A stretch of DNA of 64,000 nt from Ruditapes philippinarum (Eukaryota): NCBI RefSeq assembly GCF_026571515.1, contig NW_026867305.1, positions 124,001 through 188,000 on the forward strand, read 5' to 3'. The position numbers were made by a program, and so were the translations under genes. How positions within the stretch are numbered: position 1 is the first letter of the stretch; each line of letters starts with the position of its first letter. Shown here in pieces: positions 37,481-51,700 of the stretch. The notes beneath the pieces were generated by a model. That model did not search any database and was not told the DNA's origin. It worked only from the letters and a program-made list of their open reading frames with translations.

Positions 37481-40400
37481 TGAGATTCAATGAACTGAAT
37501 TGATTAATCTTTTATCGGTTATGAGCACCAAGTATTCGACGAAACAGTTTCCTTAGAAAGGGTACACATAGTTTCCATTAGAGACTTAAAGTGAAGTAAG
37601 GAACAATGAATTCAAACGTCATCGCTCTTAAACTTACTCATGTTTAAGTTCATGTTGTACGATAGTGTCATTTTACAGTTTGAGAAGATAAATGTGAAAG
37701 AAAACGGTATAAGAGTATGATATATGTAACACTGATTTAAATTATGTTATATAAGTGTTGTAAATGCATTGTTCAAGCTCTGTGGTAGGAAATCACATAT
37801 CTACCGATGTTGATGAGATACTTGTTGTTGAATATTCAATATTTCGTAACAACCGACATACAATGATAATACTGGCCTAATATAAAGAAAAATGTTTGCA
37901 AACAAATTTGCATCCGATTTATAAAAAAATGTAAATGCAGCAATACGTATACTAATTAAATATATTAAATTAAGAGCACCTTTTTATACAAATATATATT
38001 AAGTTAAATTATTGTTATTCGGTTGTCAAAATTTAGACATATCACATCTTCATTTTCATACACAAGTCTCGTTTTATTTTCAAATGAATTTGCATTTAAA
38101 TGCTTTGCAATTAATATGAAAGAAAGTTTGGCTGTGGGCAAAGAGGTTAGACAACAGTTCAATTTTGATATTTCATATATTTCATACTCTGTGTGATGCA
38201 TTGTTTTTGTTTGATAGAAAAAAAAACAACAACACATATCTCAACCATGAATTTGCCCGATACCCTTCCGTTCATTGCTGATTCCAAATAATCATATCAT
38301 GGACATAAAGTGAACTGACAGTGTCTCTAATGTAAGGGAGGTAATAAAAAGGAAATTATTTTATTAACATAGCATTTTGATTTTTTTGCCTTGTGTAAAG
38401 TTATCTGAAGATTTATCTCTAACCATTTACAAATAATGTATTGAAAGGCAAATTAGCCTTAACCTATAATTAAGTAACTCTTCGTAGTCATTGTGTTACA
38501 AGAGCTTAGATTTTTGAAAGTCGCAATATCGATCTTTAAAATTGTAACATAAATCAATCGTGAATTTTAGGTTATCATTTTTCCTACCCCGAAAATTTCT
38601 TCGCAGCTTAAGGATAATGAATATAAAACATATTTGAGGAATAGGTTTTTTTCTCTTCTCTCTCAGACATATATTTTAATGAAAATACAAAGGAATTAAA
38701 ATTATAACAGCAACGTTTATAACATATTTGTATATAAAAATATATATTACATGTACATGTATTTTTAAAATATCACATTATTTCATACATGTATATGTAA
38801 ATACATGTAAGTATGTAACGATTAAGTTAGACCAACAATTGTTCTGTTCTGGCTTGTTTTCATTTAAAGATTATATTTATTCATTATACAAATTTATATT
38901 CTGGCCGACTTTGCGGTGCTCCTGTTTTTAATTTCTGATACAAATATGGTATTGTTTTTTAGAAGAACATATACATATATTCATATGACTTGATTATACA
39001 TGCATAAGATTTAATATCATAATCGAGCGAAGTATACAGAAATGTTAAATTAAAATTCTTAAAATATGTAATAACACATCTATCTATATCGATAGGTTGA
39101 TAAACTTATTATATGATTTAGATACTCGCATGTTGATGATATTTTAAGGTCTTACGAGGCCGGTAACAGTCCATGTCAGATTTGACATGTTTGATCAACC
39201 TCAGTAAAAATAAAATTGTAAATAATCAGCTATTAATCTTTGTCATGCATTATAAAACCTCAATAAAAATTTCAAAACTCACAACTTCATGATTGTACAA
39301 TATCTATTAGTTTCAATACCACTAACAAATATCGCATTTGTGGACGTCATATCACGAAGGTTTAGAACTGAACAAAAAATTATATTTTTTGATACATTTT
39401 GAAGTATGTTCTCACCCATTGCAGTAAAATTGTTTTATTATATTCATAATGACTGAAATTAAGAGAAACAATTGTGCTGTCAGTGTGAGAAAGAGTTTAG
39501 ATATAAAAAAAATATTAAAATATATTTTAATATATTCAAAGTATGTCACAACGGTAAGTGTTTATCTAATTGTTATAAATATAACATTTGCTTTCTAACA
39601 CGTCTATTTTTTACTTATTCTATTATTATATTTTACGAAACATGACTTCCGAGTCATTGTCCGATACAAATTAAAAAATTAAATATTTATCAATGTTATG
39701 AAATTTAAAAAAAAAATATTTTTTAATAATTAAACACACTATTTATCCACTCTTGTTACATACTCGTATAGTTAAAAGAAAGGCATAACTAGATAACAAA
39801 ATTAAAAAAAAAACTGGTTTGTTGAGGATTCGATCTTGCAGCTATAGGTGATTTAAATACCATACTTACCATTATATATTTAAAAAACATCTTTTATGTC
39901 ATAGTGGCTAATTTCTTTTCTTAAACACAAGTTATCATTTCGGTAAATAAACACCACTTTTGCGTTTCTGTTAATTTAATCTCAATCAGAAACTAATCTG
40001 CTTACACGTGAACATTATCTAACAATCAACGTTCAGCTTCTTCATAACAAAGAAATTTTCAGAACGTCTTATCGCTAGACATTTTCCTGTTATTTGACAT
40101 TTTTTTCTTCCACCACATTCCTTTCCACCTTCTCTTTATGAAATAGATGTTTCGTTTGGCTATTAGTTTGAACTTTTTTATTGTTTTCTATGTGGTACTT
40201 TTATTTTGTATTTTATTTTGTTATTGTAATGGCGGCATTTTTCAGCCAGATATATGGATATCATTTTGCTTTCACTTCATAAACTGAAGTTGTTTTTATT
40301 GATCTCCCCATACAAATACACAGTCATTCTGCTTATGGGCCAACAGATGCACACTTAAGGCCGAATCTATGAATGACAGTATCGATAACTATACATTCTG

Positions 40401-40778
40401 ACTGTTAAAAATACGGAAATTAACGGGAAAAAAACCTTTTAATATTGTTAAACAGTAATCCCTTTAAAAGTCGTCATTAGTATTGAAATAAATGATTCTT
40501 TTTCACTTCAAACACTCTTTTTTAATATGTGTTAAATAGAATATTGTAGAATGTGTAGAATATATATAGTTTCCTCTTAGAACTGGTACCCGTTTACGTT
40601 GCAACTATGAATAAGTGCCCGATTCTGATCTCTTTTCAACATAGATGTAATATTATGATATTGTACTACTGTATTCGTAACAAAGATCAAAGTATGTCGC
40701 GATGGGCCCTTTCTGTTTTGATTTTTATCACTATTTTATATGGGTACTTTTAAATAATGGACTGCCAAATTGATATGA

Positions 40779-41019
40779 GGTGTACGTGGCCGAGTGGATA
40801 AGGACGTTGACTTTAAACGACTTGCCCCTCACCGCTGTGGGTTCTAATCCCATCAGTGTCAGACTTGGATTCTTTAATGTGAGGAAGCTATCCAGCTAGC
40901 TTATATACAGAGCGTCACTGGTTCTCATAGTGTACCCAATCCTCAACCGGTAAAGCTGGAAAGTCGCCGTAATAATGACCGTAACACTGTTGGCGCGACG
41001 TTAAACACAACCGAAATAA
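40779..41019 (+). mobile_element. tRNA-derived SINE
   Basis: Box A GTGGCCGAGTGG, box B GGTTCTAATCCC, body GTGAGGAAGCTATCCAGCTAGC and tail TGTTGGCGCGACGTTAAACACAAC. Confidence 0.8.
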
Positions 41020-44000
41020 TAGCCAGTGATAAGAATGTGACATTCTACAGTACTGGTAATTAAGCATCCGTTCCAAAGGTTGACGGCTTTTAGAAAATAT
41101 AGACATTTCCTCACATCAATAATTTGCAAAAGACTTCAGGGAGATCACTGCTATGAGATTGATTACTTTGCCCAAGTATATAAGTATATAAGATTAACGA
41201 ACCAAATCGGGGTATTTCCATTGGAAATAACATACAAATTGTTACGCGAACCTGTTGGTACCGACATAGTTGTACCCTCTGAACGACCAATGAAAAGATA
41301 CGTTAAAGATCTGTCATAAAGCCATGATGTAAATTTTAAATTGAAATATATTTAAATACTTCCACCTAAGAAGTTCTATGTATACTTCCAGAAATTAAGA
41401 AGGAATCATGTATTTAAATGATACGTTTTTGCATGGCCTTTTTCATATAGGTTTTAGCACATGCATTGTTGCTTAAAGTGACTATAGCTGAATATTCTAT
41501 TTATTTTTGCTAAATTGTCAAAAGTATTGTAAAATGAAGGATTGAAAGTATCTAAAATGACTTTCCCGAGAAAAAACTAGAAAAATATGAAAACAAACGA
41601 AATTTTACCGTTAATGGTTTATGAACATAGGTTCAACCGTTGTATGACAAACACATCAGCCAGTTAGTTAACACACATACTTGGATAGGAGTGTCGCGTT
41701 TATCCGTTTTAACTAATTTCAATGAACGGTAATAACCGACTGAATTGACAAGACTCATTGTACATTCTTTTGCCAAAAAATATCTAAAATTTTCAAGTCA
41801 GAAAAAGACATGCCAATAAAGAAACTCGTAATAATAAATAGGAAACGATTCAATTTGTTTGATTTGACAAATTATTGAATTTTGAGGGGTTGGTGGGGAA
41901 AAAGGTTGGAACACATATCTGCGATATAAAGTTAGAATTACTTCCGTTCCGCTGTAATCCCTTAAGCTGTTTATATATAAAATAAATTAGAGTTTGCTAC
42001 TTAATTAATTGTGCGCTGTATACATACATTTATTATTTAATTGCTTTGTCAGCGGGTATTGAAATATTGGAAAACCAGGTTCAAAATTCATTGTTGACGC
42101 AACGACGGTAAACCCAGACAGAGCTCGTATAAATAAGACCCCGCAACTCAGAGTTTCATCAGAAAAGTTATGAACTAAACAAATACACATATAAACATAT
42201 AGCTAAATTACAAATAAGGGTGAGAATCATGAAACAAGAGAGGGACATGAAGCGTTTAGGATACGTTGGAAATATTCACCATCGGGGGAACACCGACGAC
42301 GAAGAAGAATTTAACAGAACGTACGCGTCGGAGCTGACTTTGTCGGAGAAATATGGCAAGACAAAACAGCAGACTTCAACAACCAACAAAACAGTCAAAG
42401 TAACCGCTTCAAAGGTACAAGAAGGAGGAAAAACCTACTCTTTTACCACTTCATTATGGGTAATTTGATTTGTCGCCACTTTAGCCGTCTTTACTGGCTC
42501 AAAAATTGGAAGAGAAAATATAAAGAGAGTGATAACAGGTATTTACTTTATCATCATATGAAATCTTAAATTTTAAGATTTTTGAAAATACTTTATTTGA
42601 GATAATATACATGCTGAATAGGTCTTTTGTAGCGAGTCCTCAATAACAGTTTATACCTGATAAAACGATAAATGTCAGCCATTTTTCTCCTCGCTAGGCT
42701 AGGTTGTACACGAACAGTTGACATACCTATTATACCATTAAAGTAGCATGCGTATAGATTCATTTAAATTATTAAAATATTGATAGTGTTCTAAATTGGA
42801 AAAAATTTAGTCAAGATTAATCATGGTTTGACTTTTATTATTTTAGATCCAGTAAAATTTACAGACCTTAAAATAACACAAAATAAAATGAATAAATAAA
42901 AAGCGAAACTAGCCCTTACTCTATTTAGTGAAGGGGTAGGTGAAATTATCAGTTAATTCTTCGCATATTGCTTAAAACGTTCAAATTTAAAACTTAAAAA
43001 CTTCAAATTATTTAAAGGAACATTATTTCTTGTACATATCCTTAACTTTTTTTAACTTCTTTTGGGATTGAGAATTTGTATATCTCCGCAGCTGGAGGTG
43101 TACCACTTTAATGATTAATATGACAATACCGTAGCTCAAAAACAACAGTTTATCATAGTTATTTAACGTTTAACCGATCAATTGTATACATTAAATACAA
43201 AGGTAGAGTGCTTTTGTTTATAACTATCAAACAGTGTGTAGCTAAATCTGTAATTCGATCAATTTGAATATTGATTGATTAAATTTATACAAATCAATTA
43301 TATTTATAGAACACGTTGGTCTCCCTTGACCATGTATGAAATGTATACATCCCATAGCTTACTGTTGTACCGTCTTGTCTATATCAAATTTACATGTATG
43401 TTGTTCAAGTTGATTAAGGATGAAATCATTTTCAAATTTTAAATGATTAATTGAGAAATGGTCAAATGTTCATGAATATCGCCTATAACACTCACGAGAG
43501 GGGTTGGCAGTACTCAGAAATAGATAGATAGAGAAAATAAGCAGCAATTGTCCATTCTCAATGTGTCATTTCAATCGGACCACTTCGGTTATTGAGTTTC
43601 ATATTTACATACGGAAATTCCCGAAATTTTACGAGTAGAACTAATGTTTTTGCATTCAAATTTCTATGACAGATTGCCGGGAACCAGGATCTATACCTTA
43701 TGGTTCTATCGTTGTAAATGAGGAAGAAGGAACAAAATATGGAGCAAAAGCTACTCTCGTTTGCTCACACGGGTACACGAGTTCAAATCCGGAAGCTGTA
43801 TGTCAAGCGAACGGAAAATGGTCGTCTGTGTATTGTCACGTGACTGGTATGTATAGTCTTTTTCAATATTTCCAAAATTGTTAATTTATATTACTGCATT
43901 TTGATATTTAAATATTTTAAACATATAACATTATCATTATTTGATATAAGCCTTGAATTTTCTTTTTGCCTTGTCAGCTACTCTTTGCTATGTGACAAAG

Positions 44001-44637
44001 AAACAAATCTGCACATGTATAATATATTTCATAATTATACATAATTATAAATTATATATTTTAAAGATTGTGGAAACACTTTACCATTAATTGAAAAGGG
44101 ACAATCAACAATGAATAGTGAGCAAGATTCTACGTTTGGTGCAACAGCCACCGTTACTTGTGCTCCAGGATATCAGCGAAATAAACCTAAGATTTCATGT
44201 CAGGCTAACGGGATGTGGGAACAGGCGACATGCCAGCCAGTTGGTAAGTCTTTCCATTGAACCTTTTTTTTAAATCGATAAAGCCCGCTTACACCGGTGC
44301 GGGATGGGGACGACATGGGGTGAATGGCAGTTCGAAATTACTCATGTCAACCATAACCATGTTTAATGGACTGGCACTTGCAAATATTTTAGGTTTTACC
44401 ATGCCAGGACAAATTTTCTATTTTAACAAACTTTGGCGTTAGACTTGTCTTAATTTTAGAAACAATAATTTGCATGTATAAAAACAAACTATTTTAAGTG
44501 ATTGTTTTGCGGCAGTGTCAATCATAAATAAACAATTACCCATATAGAAATATATAGAATCTAGATATGATTTTATTTTTATTTAGACCATGTTTAAGAT
44601 ATATCCATTTATCTTAAGGACAATTGCAACGAAACGG

Positions 44638-44838
44638 TGACGTCATGGCGATGCAAATCGATTAAGTAATGACGTCATAGCGATGCCTATCAATTAAGTT
44701 ATGACCTCATGGCGATGCGAATCAATAAAGTCATGAGCTCATGGCGATGCTTAGCGATTTAATCATGACGCCATGACGATGCTTATCGATAAAGCCATGA
44801 CGTGGTGGCTATGCTTATCGATTAAGTTATGACGTCAC
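44638..44838. repeat. 32-bp minisatellite containing TGACGTCA
   Basis: Unit ~TGACGTCATGGCGATGCTTATCGATTAAGTCA, ~6 copies. Confidence 0.85.
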
Positions 44839-45644
44839 ATAATTCACATAATTATCAATTAGAATACTTTGTAAATTTTTCTTTTAAACCTAAACCAACA
44901 TTATCACACAAATATAAAGGCCTTATTTTTCATTGTCTGCTACTTTTCGCTGTGTTACAAAGAACCGAATCTGTACACAAATTATATATTTCATATACAT
45001 ATATATTTTAAAGATTGTGGAAACACTTTACCACCAATTGAAAAGGGACAATCAACAATGAATAGTGAGCAAGATTCTACGTTTGGTGCAACAGCCACCG
45101 TTACTTGTGCTCCAGGATATCAGCGAAATAAACCTAAGATTTCATGTCAGGCTAACGGGATGTGGGAACAGGCGACATGCCAGCCAGTTGGTAAGTCTTC
45201 AAGTGAACTTGAGTCTTACTTTTAATTCGCTAAAGCCTGTTTACACCGGTGGGGAATGGAGACGACATGGGGTGAATGGCAGTTCGAAATTGCTCATGTC
45301 AACCAAAACAATGTTTAATGGAGTGGCATTTGCAAATATTTTCAGTTTTACCATGCCAGGACAAAGTTTCTATTTCAAAAACCTTTGGCGTTAGACTTGT
45401 TTTAATTATAGAAATAATAAACTGCATGTATGAAAACAAATTATTTTAAGTGATTGTTTTGTGGCAGTGTCAATCATAAATAAACAATTACCCATATAGA
45501 AATATATAGAATCTAGATATAATTTTTTAATATTTTGACCAGACATTTTCATTTTTCTAAAGAACAATTCAACGAAACTGTGTCCCAAACTTTCATTGAA
45601 GCTATTCAAGTTGTAATAAATAATGTTTTGCTTTACAATTAGAT

Positions 45645-45882
45645 TCGATTGAGTCATGACGATGCTTATCGATTAATATCATGACGTAATGGCGATGCTA
45701 ATCGATTAAGTAATGACGTCATGACGATGCTGATCAATTAAGTTATGACGTCATGGCGATGCGGATTAATTAAGTCATGAGGTCATGGCGATGCTTATCG
45801 ATTCAATCATGACGCCATGACGATGCTAATCGATAAAGTCATGACGTGATGGCTATGCTTATTGATTAAGTCATGACGTCAT
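45645..45882. repeat. 32-bp minisatellite containing TGACGTCA (second array)
   Basis: Same unit, ~7 copies, duplicated along with the Sushi-2 exon. Confidence 0.85.
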
Positions 45883-46597
45883 TACACTTATTCACATAAT
45901 TATTAATTATAATACTTTTTCAATCTTTCTTCCCATTACGAATTGATGTTGATGTTGTATTTCAGACTGCAGTAATCCAAAGATTGAACATGGTCATCTT
46001 GAGTGGGACAGCACATTGTTTTTGTCACAGGCTACTGTGAAATGTGACACTGGTTACGCACCAAGTCAACCACATGTCACATGTACAGCTTCCGGTACAT
46101 GGCAGAATGTTGTATGCTACAGTAAGTCTTAATTTGATATGTCCATTAACACCGTGTATATCCAGTAACGTTGGAATGTGAAAATAACGCACGATTTGTG
46201 CAAAAAGTAACGCAGAATTGTGCAAGAATAATAATTTACCGAAACTTACTTTAAGGATCTTACACCGGCTGCCAGTACAGACCGGAACATCTAGCTCGAG
46301 GTTAACTGTTTATGGCGGCGGTATCAAGGCTTTGTCGAGTTTCAACAGAGCTAGATATTCCGGTCTGTGACGACAGACGGTACTTAATTTTTTTTTCTTG
46401 CAAATTACAAATAAATAATATTTGGAAAAGAAATTACGAAAACTAATATTTTCATATAGCACTTTTTCTTATCTAGTAACGTATGAATTTACAACTTGAT
46501 TCGCAACGGCATAATAATGTGTTCCTAATGACGCAATTCATTCATAAAAGGCGTGCTGGAATGGCGTGATTTGTCTTACATGGGGGTGTAAGACCGG

Positions 46598-46930
46598 TTT
46601 TTATTTGTTTGGGTCGTCAGACCAAACAAATAATGGTAGCGAAATTTCAGAGTCAAATGCTGTTAATTGCCAATGCCTAAAGTAGTCCACTTTTTTGAAG
46701 CGGTTACTTCCCTTTATATGTACACTAACGCCGAAAAATTCAGGGGAGATCAATGCGTAAAGCAAAGTAGTTACCGAATGGTCGAAGATTTCTAATATTT
46801 TTTCATTTTTATAGACATACATGCTTACAATAAGCTCCATAATTATTTACATCTGTGATAAACAACAGGTTTAGCGTCGAAATAATAAGAGTTACAAACC
46901 CTTATTTAGAATAATATGGTTTTCTTCAGG
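46598..46930 (+). mobile_element. Hairpin-ended repeat inserted in a B2 intron
   Basis: Replaces the B1 sequence after GTAAGACCGGTTTT. Homologous (inverted) to 31700-31893. Confidence 0.6.
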
Positions 46931-47229
46931 CCGATACCTTGTATTATAAAGTAGCAATAATCTGTAAAATAATTTTAAAAAAACAGCACAAAAAACCAAT
47001 ATTAAACACACGCAACATGTTGGTCATGATAAACGCCGCCGTCGTCGTTGATGATAATTTAATTTTACATTTAAAATACTCATAATATAAGAATAATGGT
47101 CGAATCGAAAGACTGACTGTATCACAGAATAATGTTCTTTGCTAAATATTTTAAAATCTGAAATTGTTTCCACACGTTGAATCTAAATTAAATAGATATA
47201 CTACATATACTTTGTATTTCAACAAAATT

Positions 47230-47968
47230 TTATTATATATTTCTATAAAATGTTATCTTTTTATAAAATGTTACCATGGCAACCATGAAAACTGATTAAA
47301 ATTTCAATATTTACTAACATCGCACTTTCTATGAAATGAATTTAAGAGAAAACAAGTCAGTCAACAACAGCACAAATACAAAAAATTGGAAAATAAATTA
47401 TCAGAAATAGGCGCAATTTTAGAGATGTAAATTTTAGCTGAATTTAATTATACCCCACCCGTTTAAAATCATAATACGTCCATAGGAGAAGTGTCCAAAA
47501 ACATTAAAATTGACATAAATGATAAGAGTTGATGTTGTATTTTTGCACAAAAGTACATATGGAAATAAAAATTGAAATGTGTTGTCATGGAAATGAAAAT
47601 TTATATCAAATTTAATTTTTAGGTCATTTTTTTAATACATTTTCCATGATATTCTTTCAAATATTTTACATTTCTCCAATAAAAGTGACCAAAAACCAAT
47701 TTATTTATAGTGAACATGTATTTCTTATCATTTTTAAGTGACTTCTTTTAAAAAATTGCCAAATAATGATAATTAATGTTTTTGCGGAATTTTGGTGGCC
47801 ATCTTGGACGCCATCTTGATTTTCTTGATTATCCGACCATTTGGGTAAAAACGAAATACCGTTTCGTATCCTGCGAACCCTTGTGAACATTTTGGTATAT
47901 AAAACTTACTGTTCCTAGACATAGACCGGTAGGGTCCTACTAACCGTTCCTCGTTTCCTACACTATTA
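47230..47968. mobile_element. B2-specific ~740-bp insertion (DNA transposon fragment)
   Basis: Absent from the B1 intron at ~23945. Contains GCCATCTTG and CCATGGCAAC motifs typical of transposon subtermini. Confidence 0.5.
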
Positions 47969-48737
47969 TGTGTTTATTTTATTGCTTCAATATTTATTGT
48001 ATTATTTTTTTGTGAATTTTAGACATTGATGATTGCTCCAACAATCCCTGTAAAAATGGAGGCCAATGTGAGGACAAAGTGGCAGACTATGTTTGCAAGT
48101 GCCAGCGCGGGTATTCTGGGAAAAACTGCGAACTTGGTAAGTAGTTTTTCTGTAACAATTTGTTTTATCTTCTAACACACTTGAAACAAGAACGATATAA
48201 TGGTTGCCTCTTTCATTATTTTTCTTTCATGCGCCTGTATTTTATCATATGACGTCACTCCCAACGTTTTATAATCGTGGCTTACTTTTTTTTAATATTT
48301 CACACGTATACGGGTACATTCCATAAATAAACATTTTGTATTTGTTCGAACATTTCTTTACTCAATCTTTTCATCACCGTCATTATTATCATCATTATTA
48401 GCGTTACTTTTTCTATCATCATTGTTATCATTTTTTTATAGACACTAGATGTGCTAATCATCAGTGTAAAAATGGAGGAAAATGTGAACCAAATCCGAAT
48501 GGCTACACGTGTAAGTGTCCTCCACACATAGATGGCAACTTTTGCGAGAGTCCACACCAAGGCTGAAATTTTAATAATAAAAATAATAATAAAACAATAA
48601 TGCTCAGAAATTGACTAAGTGAGAAATATTGTTGAAATTAAATGGTTACATACTGATATTGAACAAATTGCTATACGATGTGATTAGTCAGCGTGATGTT
48701 ACTCAAATTATGTGTTTATAATGAAAAAAGTGTTTAA

Positions 48738-51700
48738 GGTGACAATGGTGACAATTGTCAGTGAAAATACCTAAAATGAGATTTTTTGCTTAGTAGATTT
48801 ATCAACCTTTTCTGAACACATTCGTGATTTAATTTTTGAAGCAGTTAGTCCAAATAAATGTGTTTTTAAACGTTTTTAATTACGTTGCATTACCGGTCCA
48901 TAATACTCTTAATACATGTATCGTACAAATACTGTACATCTTTTATGAATATCTTGACTTTGATCGTCTACATTTTATTTAGCCTTTTTATAAATTAAGA
49001 AATAGTCGGCCAAGATGTAACATAAATAATTAAGAGTAGCCGCAAATCGCACGACCATGGGAATGGTACAAACATTGAAGCTGTCTATTATATCAATAAT
49101 GTATGAAATAATAATTTGTTTGTCCTGTAGTCTGTTAAACATTACATTGAGTTTATGGATAATTTTACGGATCTAATAGCCTCGTTTTCTTACAATATAA
49201 AACAAGAAAAGCATTGATGCAGAGCATCAAAGGGCGTCCAAGCAAGAAATGCAGCAAGTGAAGATGAACTAATAGACATATGATGATAAGATATTCTTAT
49301 AAACTTTTCAATGGTTAATTGTTTTTTAACAGAATTGTTTATCACTTATGAATGAGCGGACGAAAGACATACTGAACTTTGGTAGGCATGCTACATATTA
49401 GAAAATTACTTGTGGAAACTTGAAATTTTATCAATATTAACGATAATATCCAAAATATACAGGTCATTAATATACAAAATATACTTTCCATATGGTATAA
49501 CTTTATTTATACTATATAGAGGGTATTTTTGGATATTTTTTTTAGAATTTCAAGTTCATGTGGTATTTTCTTTGGACCATACAAAATAGTAGTCAAAATC
49601 AATAGTTCTTTTACATTTTTGAAATAATAAAATACATATATAATATTATATTATAATTGTTTTTTTTATTGTCATAAATGTTATATCGTGATTATTTATG
49701 GCAACAGATATATACAATCATTTCTAATCCATTTGTGTAACGCATGATCAACACCACACTTGTATGTTGTCCCTTATTATGTTATCGCTATTAGCGAAGA
49801 CCCCCTCCTAAGGTATCTGTTCACACTTAGTAACAATATGACACTGGTTATATTACCAAGCATTACGAGCACAATTGTTTTATTATACAATAATTGTAAT
49901 ATTTATTTTAATATTTTTTTACATATTTTATGAATATTGTTTTCTTTTTTTCTTCTTTTTTTGTGTTTCATGTGCTATTTTAATACTGAGTTTTTTTACG
50001 TTTACTACTTTTTTTTATTAAAATTGTAAAATAAAATTTAAGAATTCAATTGTCATATTGACCGACGATTATAAGTCAAAAATTAACTGGAAAAAGTCAG
50101 TAAATTATGGTTAATCTTTCAATGTATTATATTATTTATTCTTAAACCATGTACATGTACACTTGTATTTTTCTTTATCATTTTTAAAATTATCAATCAA
50201 TTGAATAATTCATAAAATTTAATTTGTAACTTAGAATAATTCCTCAGAATCTTTACTAAACATCAATAACAAATAAAATAATTCAAAGTTGATGGTGTCA
50301 TATTAATACCATAAAAATGTACCTTTTTACTCAATTATTGTACATATTTTTTGTTTTTATCTCATATAAATAAAATGAAACATGCTATTGCTGTTGGTGG
50401 TGTTTTTTTTCGAATTGTATGTTTATGTATAATGAAAATCAATTTTGAGAGTTGATCTGTGTTTTATTATCATTGTAACCAAACTAAGTGTCAAACATTC
50501 ATTTTGGAAAAAAAACTTATTTATCTGTAATGATATCAAACATAATTATACTCCAAAACCGGGAGAGACCGGACACTATTCGCCGGTCTCTAGTAAATCC
50601 CGGTCAAAATAGACCGGGTGAGACCGGGAATTACCGATACGAGACCGGCGAATAGTACATCCCTCTATAAATAGATTTTCAGACTAAGTCATCATTCTAC
50701 AGCTTACCGATACATGTACAACAGTAACAGGCCATAATAGCCCACTGTGTAATACAAAATGCTTAATAAAAAAACCCGAAGAGCGCGATTAATTGACGGA
50801 AAAGATTATTTCATTTGAATATGTTTGCATTGCGAAATTCTCTAGTTGCTGTTAATTGTTCGCGACATTTCATTTTTGATATTCAATAAACCCTCATACC
50901 AATCGGAATGATCGGCTTTTAGGGGGCAGGGGACCTAAAAATGAACAATTTTGTATTTCAGTGTGACCAGAAACACAATTCCAAATATTTCAAAATCTGT
51001 TTCACAGGCAAACACAATTCCAAATATTTCAAAATCTGTTTCACAGGCAGATTACCACTTGCACAGCATTATTCAATGATATATGACATACATTGTAGAA
51101 AGTAATAGTTTGCATGCATTGCTCCTTCAAAAAATGACTGACAGCAATTTAAATTTACCCCCACCCAGCAAAAATCACACCTAAAATATACCAATATGGG
51201 CAATCTTCATGAAGGTGCAGCATACTCCAGAATCCACCTTTATTATTTATAATTCCTTTAAAAATATCAGTTGCACGCAGTGCAAGCTATGTCATTTTCA
51301 GAAATGACCATTAAAGTGTCTATCATAGGTTTAGATTTTTCACAAAATTTATCTGAAATTTCTTACTTGTTTGGCGCCAACTGTCAAAGCTTGATTTTTA
51401 ACTTTTTCACCTCCATTCGGAGAGTCAGAAATACATACACAGCTACCAAAATGCTTAGTTTCGGGTAAAAACCCAAAAATACTTCTCATTTTCCTACACA
51501 CAAACAAGAAAGTATTACAATGACAGAGAAGTATCAGAAGTTATCAGTACCTTCAAAACACCATTTCTGAGTTATTAAAATATTTGACCGTGACCATCAT
51601 TCGAATATGTCCCCTGCCCCCTTTATCACCGACGAAAAGGCCCGAGAAGTTGATGTCGCCCTTTCACAAAATCCGAGTTCATTCCATAAGGGCGTCGCGC

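Larger units (their letters stand above)
42229..48566 (+). pseudogene. Gene B2: paralog of B1 with 4 Sushi + 2 EGF domains and a premature stop in the TM segment
   Basis: Exons 42229-42538, 43673-43846, 44067-44243, 45014-45190, 45966-46121, 48023-48136 and 48442-48566, all with intact splice sites and frames. Codon 80 is GGA in B1 and TGA at 42466-42468. Confidence 0.8.
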
